Position numbers and translations under genes: made by a program. Shown here in pieces: positions 9,466-18,980 of a stretch of DNA of 64,000 nt (position 1 is the first letter of the stretch; each line of letters begins with the position of its first letter). The notes under the pieces are model-generated. The model had not been told where the DNA came from. It did no database searches and worked only from the letters and a program-made list of their open reading frames with translations. Where the stretch lies: contig CBFHGJ010000002.1 in the NCBI GenBank assembly GCA_965655315.1, positions 68,385 to 132,384 on the forward strand, written 5' to 3'. The DNA is from Bacteroidia bacterium. Lineage in GTDB: Bacteria > Bacteroidota > Bacteroidia > NS11-12g > UBA9320.

Positions 9466-11235
9466 TTATCGCCTTCTACTTGAGCTACTACTTCTACTAG
9501 AAGTCCCACTTCTACTGCTGCTAGAAGAGCTAGATCTGGTAGAAGAACTTCTACTCGAACTGCTGCTTCTGGTAGGTGTATAGCTTCTGGAGGAGCTGCT
9601 TGAACTCCTTTGTGGAGTATAGCTTCTGCTAGGAGAACTGCTCCGAGACTTTGTAGGAGTATAGCTTCTACTACGAGAACTACTCCGAGATTTAGTCGGG
9701 GTATAGCTTCTACTTGGAGTTGAACTCCTAGAACTACTTGAAGGAGTATAACTTCTGCTTGGAGTTGAACTCCTAGAACTACTCCCTGAGTTATACGATT
9801 TACTTTGTGTTCTGCTACTAGGCGAGCTACTTCTAGTCGGCGAATATGTTCTACTCGGTGTAGTTGTTCTATTTGTTTTCGAAGGAGTGTACGTTCTACT
9901 TGGAGTACTTGTCCTATTCGTTCTTGTTGGCGAATAGCTTCTACTAGGCGTAGTACTCTTTCTTGTCGGTGTGGACGATCTTGTATTCGTTCCACTAGAC
10001 GTATTTCCTCTACTCGACGCATTAGTACGAGATGGAGAGTAACTTCTACTTGGTGTAGACGTCTTGCTGTTCACATTGCCAGAAGTTGAAGAACCGCTAG
10101 TAGTTCCTGATACAGATCTTCTACTCGACCCTAATCCTTCGTTTGATTTAACACTACCCGAATTAGAATTAGAAATGACACCTGAATTTCCCCTACTTGT
10201 ATTAGTTGACCCAGTAGTAACTTGAGGTCTCCTTGTACTTGTGTTAGGAGTTGCCGTACCAATGTTACTAGAACTTTGGGTCACACCAGTCTGACCATTA
10301 GTTGTGTTTATTGCTCTTCCACTTCCAGGTCTTCTGTTGCTTGTAGTTGTTGAACCCACAGTGGTTGACTTATTATTCCCGACACGTTGCCTAGGACTAT
10401 TTGTCGCTCTCTGTGCTTCTCTACTTGGCGTATATCTTACTCCACCACTATTATTATTGGTAGTGTTATTATTTGCCGTTCTAAACCCGTTATTCCAACC
10501 ATATCCTTGGTTCCAACCGTTGTTCCATCTATTTCCTCCATACCAAGCACTACCTCCCCATCCTGGTCCATAGAACGAATTGTATCCATACCAAGGATCA
10601 TAAAAAGGCGTAGCACAGAATCCTCCGCCCCATCCATTGTTCCAACCGTTATTCCATCCGTAAGGATTTCCCCATCTATTCCAACCTGGATTACCCCAGC
10701 CGTATCCTACGTTCCATCCATTCCAAGAATTCCAACCTACGTGCCATCCACCTCGTGGATTGTTCCATCTATTCCATCGGTTCCAACCATAGTTATAACC
10801 AAACCCAGGACTGTGTCCCCAAGAATTCCATCCGTTGTTCCAGCCATTGTTCCAACCGTTATTGAAGCCCCGTGAATCACGCATCGCATCCCTATAACCA
10901 TCTACGTATCCATTTTCAAATGAATACTCAAAATCTTCATCTCTAAAACGACGTATCCTGTTTTCATAGTCTATATACTCTTGCTCATCTACATCAGCAT
11001 AATCCTCAGTAGCAATAGCCTCATCGTCATATACTCTTTCGATACGTTCCGTACTTTGAGTTGTCGCATCTGTCGGCGTATACTTTTGAGGAGCTACTTG
11101 TGGCTTTTTTTGTACAATCACTATGTCATCTGAAGGTGTGTAATAAACGTCGTCTACAGTGGTCGTGGTGATTCTACTAGTCGTGCAACTAGCGAGTAAA
11201 ACAAGGGCGAGAATGGGATTTTTATATAATTTCAT
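9466..11235 (-). CDS. Low-complexity lipoprotein (G/W/N-rich middle, S/T/R-rich tail)
   Basis: Lipobox LLAS-C, DDVYY motif, YENRIRRF; sits between proS and the OMP, a familiar Bacteroidota arrangement. Confidence 0.8.
   Translation of the reverse strand: MKLYKNPILALVLLASCTTSRITTTTVDDVYYTPSDDIVIVQKKPQVAPQKYTPTDATTQSTERIERVYDDEAIATEDYADVDEQEYIDYENRIRRFRDEDFEYSFENGYVDGYRDAMRDSRGFNNGWNNGWNNGWNSWGHSPGFGYNYGWNRWNRWNNPRGGWHVGWNSWNGWNVGYGWGNPGWNRWGNPYGWNNGWNNGWGGGFCATPFYDPWYGYNSFYGPGWGGSAWYGGNRWNNGWNQGYGWNNGFRTANNNTTNNNSGGVRYTPSREAQRATNSPRQRVGNNKSTTVGSTTTSNRRPGSGRAINTTNGQTGVTQSSSNIGTATPNTSTRRPQVTTGSTNTSRGNSGVISNSNSGSVKSNEGLGSSRRSVSGTTSGSSTSGNVNSKTSTPSRSYSPSRTNASSRGNTSSGTNTRSSTPTRKSTTPSRSYSPTRTNRTSTPSRTYTPSKTNRTTTPSRTYSPTRSSSPSSRTQSKSYNSGSSSRSSTPSRSYTPSSSSRSSTPSRSYTPTKSRSSSRSRSYTPTKSRSSSPSRSYTPQRSSSSSSRSYTPTRSSSSSRSSSTRSSSSSSSRSGTSSRSSSSSRRR
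9560..10060. repeat. Degenerate 39-45 bp coding tandem repeats
   Basis: GTATA(G/A)CTTCT at 9578, 9617, 9659, 9701 and 9746; encodes R[ST]Y[ST]P units on the minus strand. Confidence 0.85.
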
Positions 11236-11315
11236 ATGGCTAAAATTTTAATTTAACTTAACGGTTTAATTTTGCCGTCATACTATAATATTCAATTAGC
11301 ATACCAATATAACAC

Positions 11316-12794
11316 ATGGGATTCGAAAAAGTAACAAGAGAGCAGGATTATAGCAAATGGTACAATAATCTAGTAGAGGATGCAGATCTTGCACAACATA
11401 GTAGTGTACGAGGTTGTATGGTTATAAAGCCATATGGATATGCTATTTGGGAAAAGATGCAGGCTGAATTGGATCGTAGATTTAAGGAAACAGGTCATCA
11501 AAATGCGTATTTCCCACTATTTGTGCCAAAAAGTCTCTTTGAAGCCGAAGAAAAGAATGCTGAAGGTTTTGCTAAAGAATGTGCTGTTGTAACGCACTAT
11601 CGCTTAGAAACTGATCCTGAGAATCAAGGAAAGTTGCGTGTAGATCCGAAAGCAAAATTGGAAGAAGAGCTGATTGTAAGACCTACCAGCGAGGCTATCA
11701 TCTGGAATACCTACAAGGGTTGGATACAGAGTTATAGAGACCTCCCAATATTGGTGAATCAATGGGCCAATGTTGTTCGCTGGGAAATGAGAACTCGATT
11801 ATTCCTTAGAACTGCTGAATTCTTGTGGCAAGAAGGTCATACCGCACACGCTACTAAGCAGGAAGCTATCGAGGAAACTGACCAAATGGTAAGGGTGTAT
11901 GAAGAGTTTGCTAGGTCTGTACTTGCTGTTCCGACTATCATGGGTCACAAAACAGAAAGTGAACGATTTGCCGGGGCAGATGACACCCTATGTATCGAAG
12001 GACTTATGCAAGATGGAAAAGCATTGCAAATGGGAACTTCGCACTTTCTAGGACAAAACTTTGCCAAGGCATTTGATGTGAAATTCGCCAATAAAGAGGG
12101 GAAACTGGATCACGTATGGGCGACCAGTTGGGGTGTAAGTACTCGATTGATGGGTGCCCTTATTATGACTCATTCAGACGATGAAGGACTAGTACTACCT
12201 CCAAACTTAGCACCTATTCAAGTGGTCATTGTACCAATATATAGAGGGCTAGAACAGCTAGAAGCTGTTTACGAAAAGGTAAAACCAATCATCGATAACT
12301 TGAAAGCCAAAAGCATAAGTGTCAAGTTTGATGATAGGGACACCCACAAACCAGGATTTAAGTTTGCTGAATGGGAGCGAAAAGGAGTTCCAGTGCGAAT
12401 AGCTATAGGACAACGAGATTTAGAAAATGGAACTGTGGAAGTGGCTCGAAGAGATACTAAGGAGAAAAAGTCATACGAATTCACTGATATTGAGAATAAG
12501 ATAGAGAATCTATTGAATGAGATTCAGGAAACTATCTATATGAAAGCTCTTAATTACCGAGACAATCATATCACCAATGTAAATACTTGGGAAGAATTCC
12601 AAGATGTGCTAGAAAACAAAGGCGGATTTATATCTGCACATTGGGATGGCACTATGGAAACAGAAGACAAGATAAAAGAACTCACTAAAGCTACCATCCG
12701 CTGCATTCCTTTTGACAATCCTCAAGAAGATGGGAAATGTGTATACTCAGGCAATCCAAGTAAGGAAAGGGTATTGTTTGCTAAGGCTTATTAG
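11316..12794 (+). CDS. proS: Proline--tRNA ligase (eukaryote/archaea-like type)
   Basis: [38 protein letters not shown]-terminal FAKAY. Confidence 0.98.
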   Translation: MGFEKVTREQDYSKWYNNLVEDADLAQHSSVRGCMVIKPYGYAIWEKMQAELDRRFKETGHQNAYFPLFVPKSLFEAEEKNAEGFAKECAVVTHYRLETDPENQGKLRVDPKAKLEEELIVRPTSEAIIWNTYKGWIQSYRDLPILVNQWANVVRWEMRTRLFLRTAEFLWQEGHTAHATKQEAIEETDQMVRVYEEFARSVLAVPTIMGHKTESERFAGADDTLCIEGLMQDGKALQMGTSHFLGQNFAKAFDVKFANKEGKLDHVWATSWGVSTRLMGALIMTHSDDEGLVLPPNLAPIQVVIVPIYRGLEQLEAVYEKVKPIIDNLKAKSISVKFDDRDTHKPGFKFAEWERKGVPVRIAIGQRDLENGTVEVARRDTKEKKSYEFTDIENKIENLLNEIQETIYMKALNYRDNHITNVNTWEEFQDVLENKGGFISAHWDGTMETEDKIKELTKATIRCIPFDNPQEDGKCVYSGNPSKERVLFAKAY

Positions 12795-12964
12795 GTGAGA
12801 TCTCTGAAGAGCATCAAAAAACAAAAGTTGAGACGCCAATTGAAGAGAAACGCTCTTCTAAATGGGGATTGGCAATTTTAATCCCCGCAATCATTACCGT
12901 TCTTGGGGTCTTTTGGGTAGCTATTTATATTACTGAATGTATAGGTTAAGGAGAAACGACTACA

Positions 12965-13462
12965 ATGATTTTCCCTTTTAGGTATGTTTTTATTCTATGG
13001 CTACTCCTATTTTCACTTTTTATTTATGCTCATATCAGAGATGCCTCACTTTTTGAACTGCAGTGGCCAAAAAATTCTAAGATTGCAAAAATCATTGAGT
13101 CCATTCTTGCTATTCCTACATTTTCAATATTCTTTTCATTTGTGATTGTATACTCTATTTTCAGTTTAATTAATTATAGCGGTGCATATGAGGAAGTGGT
13201 GATAGAAGGCAAGCTCTATAAAAAAGAAATTACAGAAAAAAGGAGACGTCGAAGCATTAAAAAAACCAAAAAATACTACGCTTATTTCAATGAGGATAAA
13301 AAATACCGCTTGGAGGTCTCTCAATCAATGTTTAATAATCTAAAAGAAGAAGATATCATTGAGCTTAATGTGTTGAAAGGCAAACTAAACGGATATTATG
13401 TGAATAGCGACAGTATACATTACAAAAGATTAATAGAGGCTTCCCAAATAGATACTCTATGA
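12965..13462 (+). CDS. Hypothetical membrane protein, probably 5'-truncated by a nonsense codon
   Basis: Two TM segments; the same frame is open upstream from 12785 with a further TM segment, separated by TAA at 12947-12949. Confidence 0.55.
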   Translation: MIFPFRYVFILWLLLFSLFIYAHIRDASLFELQWPKNSKIAKIIESILAIPTFSIFFSFVIVYSIFSLINYSGAYEEVVIEGKLYKKEITEKRRRRSIKKTKKYYAYFNEDKKYRLEVSQSMFNNLKEEDIIELNVLKGKLNGYYVNSDSIHYKRLIEASQIDTL

Positions 13463-13512
13463 TACCTTTACTGCTTCTTAATAAAATTTCAACCGCCTAC
13501 CTCCAAAAGAAA

Positions 13513-14178
13513 CTACTCCTCCCACACATACTTAAACAACACTACTGAGAGCGTCAGCTGCATCACCAGAAGCAAGCCTAGAACTGCCCAGTCTTGCCAA
13601 TAAACTAAACCATCAATTGGTGCTAAACTTTTACTTGCCGATTTTAGACTAACTAGTAAGCTGGGTATGAGTAATGGCAGGCTCAATATCAATGCAACCA
13701 GGCTACTATTTTTAGCTCCTAATGCAAGTGCAGAGTTAAACGTAAAAACAGCGGAATTACACAGTGTGAAAAGTGCCACCGTAATTAGGTACTCTGTAAA
13801 ATGCGGTATTGACTGCGGAAGCCAAAAGTTCATGAGTAAGGTAAGTACCAATAAGAAAAACAAGTTTACCACAAATTGATACAGGATTTTAGAGATAATA
13901 ATCGCTCTGCTGTCCACTAGAAACTTGTAGTACAAAAGCGTGCCTTTATTCTCAGTAAGAAAACTTCTTCCAATATTCTGGACTATTCCAAAAACAAGTA
14001 CCACATAATAAAGTGTATGCCAAACCTTATTGCTTGCCTCCTTCTGAATGGTATATACGATGAAGACCGAGACAACAAGCAGCAGTACCAATGACCAAAG
14101 TGCATATCGGTTTTTCCATTCCGATTGGACTTCCTTTACAAAAAGTTGTTTTATCTGCTTTGTTAGGTCAGTTTGCAT
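13513..14178 (-). CDS. ccmB: Heme exporter protein CcmB
   Basis: KE...EW, RSF..E..G, LILSLPLLIP; six TM segments. Confidence 0.8.
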   Translation of the reverse strand: MQTDLTKQIKQLFVKEVQSEWKNRYALWSLVLLLVVSVFIVYTIQKEASNKVWHTLYYVVLVFGIVQNIGRSFLTENKGTLLYYKFLVDSRAIIISKILYQFVVNLFFLLVLTLLMNFWLPQSIPHFTEYLITVALFTLCNSAVFTFNSALALGAKNSSLVALILSLPLLIPSLLVSLKSASKSLAPIDGLVYWQDWAVLGLLLVMQLTLSVVLFKYVWEE

Positions 14179-14199
14179 AAATTTGCCGCTGCAAAATTA
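14178..14199. promoter_or_regulatory. Face-to-face Bacteroidota -7 boxes
   Basis: TAAATTTG (+, 14178-14185) and TAATTTTG (-, 14192-14199) both match TAnnTTTG. Confidence 0.65.
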
Positions 14200-14205
14200 C
14201 ATTTA

Positions 14206-14664
14206 ATGTTATACCAATTACAGAAGTTGTCAGAAGAAGAGCAAACTCTAGTGAGACGCTCTCCAATTTGGGTTACTTTACTCATAGCTTGTGCGGATTT
14301 TGATATCGATGAAGCAGAAATAGACCGAGCGAAAGAGATCATTCATATCAAGTCATTTGCTTTGGAAAATGATGTAAAGCACCTTTACAATGATATAAAT
14401 GAGAGTGTTGATGAAGAGATTGATTTCGCTCTAAAGTCACTGTCAGCAGACGGTAAGAAGAGACTAGCTTTCTTAGAAGAACACATTGCCCAATTGAATG
14501 AAATATTTCCAAAACTGAATGAAAGATATGCTACCCAACTGTACGATAGTCTACGTGGCCTAGCGGTAGCAGTAGCCCGAGCTGAAGGAGGAGTATTTGG
14601 TATCAATGCAATAAGTGAAGAAGAAGCGGAGTATATAGAACTACCAATGCTTCGAAAGCCGTGA
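14206..14664 (+). CDS. Hypothetical TerB-like protein
   Basis: IACADFDIDEAE and AVARAEGG...ISEEE resemble the TerB pattern; start moved to the ATG downstream of the promoter box. Confidence 0.5.
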   Translation: MLYQLQKLSEEEQTLVRRSPIWVTLLIACADFDIDEAEIDRAKEIIHIKSFALENDVKHLYNDINESVDEEIDFALKSLSADGKKRLAFLEEHIAQLNEIFPKLNERYATQLYDSLRGLAVAVARAEGGVFGINAISEEEAEYIELPMLRKP

Positions 14665-16124
14665 GAAAAATACTCATAGCCAATAGAGGGGAAATAGCTG
14701 TTAGAGTTATCAAAACCTGTCGGACGATGGGCATTCGGACAGTTGCGATTTACTCAGAAGCTGACCGTGATTCAAAACACGTACAATTAGCTGATGAAGC
14801 TTTTTGCGTAGGTCCACCTCCAAGTGCTGAGAGTTATCTTCAAGCTGAAAAAATCATCCAAATTTGTTTAGACAATGATGTAGATGGAATACATCCTGGT
14901 TATGGTTTCTTATCAGAAAATGCTGCTTTTGTAAAATCAGTTACTGAAGCCGGAATTACGTTCATAGGTCCAAGCCCTGAGGCTATAGACCTAATGGGAA
15001 GTAAAATAGCAAGTAAGCAAGCGGTAGAAAAATACGGAGTACCATTAGTTCCAGGTATTAACCACGCAGTAGAAGACATTGCTGAAGCAGCCAAAGTAGC
15101 TGACCAGATAGGCTACCCTGTTCTTGTAAAGGCAAGTGCTGGTGGTGGAGGAAAAGGAATGCGTATCGTCCACGAACCGGAGAATCTCGAAGGGCAAATG
15201 AGAACTGCACAGAGTGAAGCTCAAAGTGCTTTTGGCGATCGATCGGTCTTCATAGAAAAGTTTGTTACCAAACCTCGCCACATTGAGATACAGCTCATAG
15301 CTGATAATTTTGGAAATGTAGTCTATCTAATGGAGCGTGAATGCTCTATACAGAGAAGACACCAAAAACTAGTAGAGGAAGCTCCGAGTGCTGTGCTTAC
15401 AGATGAACTCAGAAAAGAAATGGGTGAGGCAGCGATAAATGTTGCTAAAGCCTGTAATTACAGCGGAGCCGGCACAGTAGAATTTCTATTGGACGCGGAC
15501 CACAAGTTCTATTTCTTAGAAATGAACACAAGACTACAAGTAGAGCATCCTGTAACAGAGCTGATTGTGGGAATGGATCTTGTAGAACAACAAATACGCA
15601 CAGCAAGAGGTGAAAAACTGAGTTATAGGCAAGAGGACATAAAAGCCAATGGACACGCCATAGAGCTTAGACTTACTGCAGAGGAACCAGAAAACGACTT
15701 CGTCCCTGCTATTGGTAAGATAGAGACGTATGATGTACCTCCATTTGACTTTGTTAGGCTAGATGATTTCGTCTATGATGGATACGAAATACCGATTTAC
15801 TACGACAATATGTTTGCTAAGCTAATCGTGTGGGGTCAGAATAGGAATCAAGCTATTCAGCGAATGATTCAGGCTATAGATCACTTCAAAATAGAGGGTA
15901 TACCTACCACTTTGGATTTTGGAAGGTTTGCAATGCAACATCCAAAATTCATAGAAGGTGATTTTGATACTAACTTTATAGCAAACTACTATACGGAAGA
16001 AGCTAGAAAAGATCAAGACCACGACATAAACAAAGCAGCTGCTTTATTTACTTACCTTGAATTCAACGATCATAAGGAAGTGAAAGTAGCAAAACACTTA
16101 GGTGAAAATTGGAGAGAAAGATAA
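14661..16124 (+). CDS. accC: Acetyl/propionyl-CoA carboxylase biotin carboxylase subunit
   Basis: KILIANRGEIA, HPGYGFLSEN, GGGGKGMR, FLEMNTRLQVEHPVTE. Confidence 0.92.
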   Translation: MRKILIANRGEIAVRVIKTCRTMGIRTVAIYSEADRDSKHVQLADEAFCVGPPPSAESYLQAEKIIQICLDNDVDGIHPGYGFLSENAAFVKSVTEAGITFIGPSPEAIDLMGSKIASKQAVEKYGVPLVPGINHAVEDIAEAAKVADQIGYPVLVKASAGGGGKGMRIVHEPENLEGQMRTAQSEAQSAFGDRSVFIEKFVTKPRHIEIQLIADNFGNVVYLMERECSIQRRHQKLVEEAPSAVLTDELRKEMGEAAINVAKACNYSGAGTVEFLLDADHKFYFLEMNTRLQVEHPVTELIVGMDLVEQQIRTARGEKLSYRQEDIKANGHAIELRLTAEEPENDFVPAIGKIETYDVPPFDFVRLDDFVYDGYEIPIYYDNMFAKLIVWGQNRNQAIQRMIQAIDHFKIEGIPTTLDFGRFAMQHPKFIEGDFDTNFIANYYTEEARKDQDHDINKAAALFTYLEFNDHKEVKVAKHLGENWRER

Positions 16125-16242
16125 AACTCTCTCAAATCTTCTGGAATAAATTACCTTTAAGTTTCTAGCGTATATCTGGTACGAAACAAATAACAAAACA
16201 CCCAATGAAAAACACACTTATCAAGTACCTTTGTTTCATCTT

Positions 16243-17589
16243 ATGGAGTCTTTTCAGGAACTGAACATCAATAAATTTCTAGCAAATGCAATAGACGATC
16301 TAGGATTCGAAAAACCTACTCCAGTTCAATCTGAGACTTACCCAGTCATCCTCTCGGGTAAAAACGTTGTTGGAATATCACAAACAGGTACTGGTAAGAC
16401 GTTGGCTTATATGCTTCCTTTACTGCAAGAACTAAAATATTCTAAAGGGTATAAACCAAGGATTATTATTCTGGTACCGACAAGAGAATTAGTCGTACAG
16501 GTAGTGGATCAAATTGGTCTGTTCACTAAATACAAAAACATTCGGACTCTCGGTGTTTTTGGAGGTGTAAACATTCGCACTCAGATGTCTGCACTAAGTG
16601 AGGGACAAGACATAGTAGTTGGCACACCAGGGAGACTTTATGATTTGGCGGTGAATAGAGCATTGCTTTTACAAGATGTCAAAAAACTAGTAATTGATGA
16701 GGTAGATGTCATGTTGGATCTAGGATTTAGATTTCAGCTCAATAATATATTTCAATTACTTCCTGAAAGGCGTCAGAATATTATGTTTTCAGCTACAATG
16801 ACTGAGGACGTGGAGATTCTGATCAATGAGTATTTTCACGCACCTGCTTACGTAGCTATTGCATTAAGTGGCACTCCGTTAGATAACATCAATCAATTGA
16901 GCTTTGGAGTTCCAAATTTCTACACTAAAATAAACCTACTAAAAAGTCTATTAGAAGATAAAGAGCGATTCACCAAGGTACTGGTTTTTATAGATAGCAA
17001 AAAGCACGCAGACTTACTGTTTGATGAATTGGTCCATCAATACTGGAACGACCTTGGCGTAATACATAGCAATAAAAGTCAAAACAATCGACTTGCTACA
17101 GTAGAAGGGTTTAGTGAAGGTCACCTTCGGGTCCTTATAGCCACAGATGTGATTGCCAGAGGATTGGATCTTTCCTCTATTTCTCACGTCATCAATTTTG
17201 ACACCCCCAAATATCCTGAGAACTACATGCACCGCATAGGAAGAACAGGACGTGCAGAACGCAAGGGTGAATCAATCCTATTTTTCACAGAATCTGAAAA
17301 AGAAGGTAAAAAAGCTATTGAGGATTTAATGGAGATGTCCATCAGTGAAAATTCGTTGCCATCTCGTGTAGAAACTAGTCAGCAGCTAATAGAAGAAGAA
17401 CGACCTAGAATCATAGAAAAGAACCCTCATAAAAAAATAAAAAGACAAGCTGGGGCAAGTCACCATGAGAAGAAAGACAAGAACAAGAAAGATTACAATA
17501 TAGGTGGAGGACAAAAGAAAAAATTGAACAAGGCCAAAAAACATAAAAAGCCAATCTCTAGGGGGCTAAAAGCCAAAGGAAAGAAGTGA
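16243..17589 (+). CDS. DEAD/DEAH-box RNA helicase (DEVD variant)
   Basis: Q motif, TGTGKT, PTREL, DEVD, SAT, HRIGRTGR, basic tail; start placed after TACCTTTG at 16226. Confidence 0.95.
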   Translation: MESFQELNINKFLANAIDDLGFEKPTPVQSETYPVILSGKNVVGISQTGTGKTLAYMLPLLQELKYSKGYKPRIIILVPTRELVVQVVDQIGLFTKYKNIRTLGVFGGVNIRTQMSALSEGQDIVVGTPGRLYDLAVNRALLLQDVKKLVIDEVDVMLDLGFRFQLNNIFQLLPERRQNIMFSATMTEDVEILINEYFHAPAYVAIALSGTPLDNINQLSFGVPNFYTKINLLKSLLEDKERFTKVLVFIDSKKHADLLFDELVHQYWNDLGVIHSNKSQNNRLATVEGFSEGHLRVLIATDVIARGLDLSSISHVINFDTPKYPENYMHRIGRTGRAERKGESILFFTESEKEGKKAIEDLMEMSISENSLPSRVETSQQLIEEERPRIIEKNPHKKIKRQAGASHHEKKDKNKKDYNIGGGQKKKLNKAKKHKKPISRGLKAKGKK

Positions 17590-17841
17590 TTCTCTTTAAA
17601 AGGTTAGAAAATGAATTTTTCTACTATCTGAAAAATAGCATTTTGGCCATTATCAACTTGATACGTCGAACTCAGACTAGTCATTATTAAACCTAATACG
17701 TGCTGAAAAAGTGATTTTCTCCCTACACAACTACTAAAAATGAGAAAATGTAGTAATTCAAACTATAGAAGTGTTAAATACACCGAACAAAAGCACTAAT
17801 CTGAACAATACGAAGTATTCTTGCACTTTATATATAATAAC

Positions 17842-18033
17842 ATGAATAAAGGAACAGTAAAATTCTTCAACGATGAGAAAGGCTTCGGTTTTATCACACC
17901 AGAAGATGGAAGTAAAGACGTTTTTGTTCACAAAACAGGGACTAGAACCAGAATCAATGAAGGAGATCAAGTAACGTATGAAGTAGAAGATGGTCCAAAA
18001 GGCCCAAGTGCCGTAAACGTAGAATTAGTATAA
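17842..18033 (+). CDS. Cold-shock protein
   Basis: [15 protein letters not shown] (RNP1), DVFVH (RNP2). Confidence 0.97.
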   Translation: MNKGTVKFFNDEKGFGFITPEDGSKDVFVHKTGTRTRINEGDQVTYEVEDGPKGPSAVNVELV

Positions 18034-18061
18034 GAATCTATTAATATAGTTTTTTACAACT

Positions 18062-18092
18062 AAAAGCCCTTCGCAATGCGAAGGGCTTTTTT
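18062..18092 (+). terminator. Rho-independent terminator
   Basis: AAAAGCCCTTCGCA-A-TGCGAAGGGCTTTT followed by TT. Confidence 0.9.
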
Positions 18093-18264
18093 ATGCCGTT
18101 AAGGAATATCCTTTATATCTCAGGATAAAAATACTAAAATATTCAACAATAGAGAAAATCCAAAAAAATCGTGAAAAATCAAATAAGTAAAGAACTATTA
18201 TTTCCAGAAGTTCTTTGATACTCTAATTTACCTAGCAATAAAATAATCCTAAATTTGGACCATC

Positions 18265-18513
18265 GTGAAGCGAAATCAAGGAATCGAACAAGATCAACCA
18301 AATAATCCATTGCACGGCGTTAAGTTGAAGGAAATCCTTGAATTTTTAGTCCAGTTTTATGGTTGGGAAGAGCTTGGAAATCGAATCAGAATAAACTGTT
18401 TCACCAGCAACCCTAGTCTTGGCAGTAGCTTAAAATTTCTACGTAGGAATCCTTGGGCTAGAACAAAGGTTGAGCAGCTCTACATAGAAACCATTCCAAG
18501 TTTTGACAAATGA
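18265..18513 (+). CDS. VF530 (DUF2132) family protein
   Basis: NNPLHGVKL, YGWEEL, SSLKFLRRNPWAR. Confidence 0.9.
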   Translation: MKRNQGIEQDQPNNPLHGVKLKEILEFLVQFYGWEELGNRIRINCFTSNPSLGSSLKFLRRNPWARTKVEQLYIETIPSFDK

Positions 18514-18980
18514 AGCCCGCTAGTATAAGTCAAATTAAAAAGGAGATAGCTCACCTAGAAGCCTCTGAGCTTCGTGAGCTACTGTTAAGGGTTGGCAAGT
18601 ACAAAGTTGAAAACAAAGAATTACTTACCTATTTGTTGTTCGAATCACATAATGAAGATGGGTATATCGATCTTGTCAAGGAATACGTTGATGAGCAATT
18701 TGAGTACATCAATCATCAAAACTATTACTTCATCAAAAAATCGGTAAGGAAGATACTGCGAACAGTCAAAAAATACATTAAGTATTCCAAGCAACCAGAA
18801 ACTGAAGCGGCTTTACTGATTCATTTTTGTACACAACTGAAGGCAATGGAGCCGTCCTATGCTCGAAATACGGTATTGCTAAATATGTACAACAGGCAGC
18901 TCGATCTCGTTGAGAAAACTATAGCTAAACTTCATGAGGATCTTCAATACGATTATAAACTCATGCTCACCGAGCTCTAG
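18510..18980 (+). CDS. Conserved hypothetical protein
   Basis: ENKELLTYLLF and LHEDLQYDY; ATGA overlap with the upstream gene. Confidence 0.75.
   Translation: MKPASISQIKKEIAHLEASELRELLLRVGKYKVENKELLTYLLFESHNEDGYIDLVKEYVDEQFEYINHQNYYFIKKSVRKILRTVKKYIKYSKQPETEAALLIHFCTQLKAMEPSYARNTVLLNMYNRQLDLVEKTIAKLHEDLQYDYKLMLTEL

Noticed and set aside
9560-9790. Periodic repeats as a possible CRISPR array
   Set aside because: Degenerate, periods are multiples of 3, inside a CDS, no unique spacers and no cas genes
9450-10875. Long alternative-frame and antisense ORFs (190, 162 and 94 aa) over the low-complexity lipoprotein
   Set aside because: Shadow ORFs produced by repetitive Ser/Arg/Trp codons; no independent start context or family motifs
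17590-18264. AT-rich intergenic stretches around the cold-shock gene as sRNA or tRNA
   Set aside because: No cloverleaf or stable structure other than the terminator
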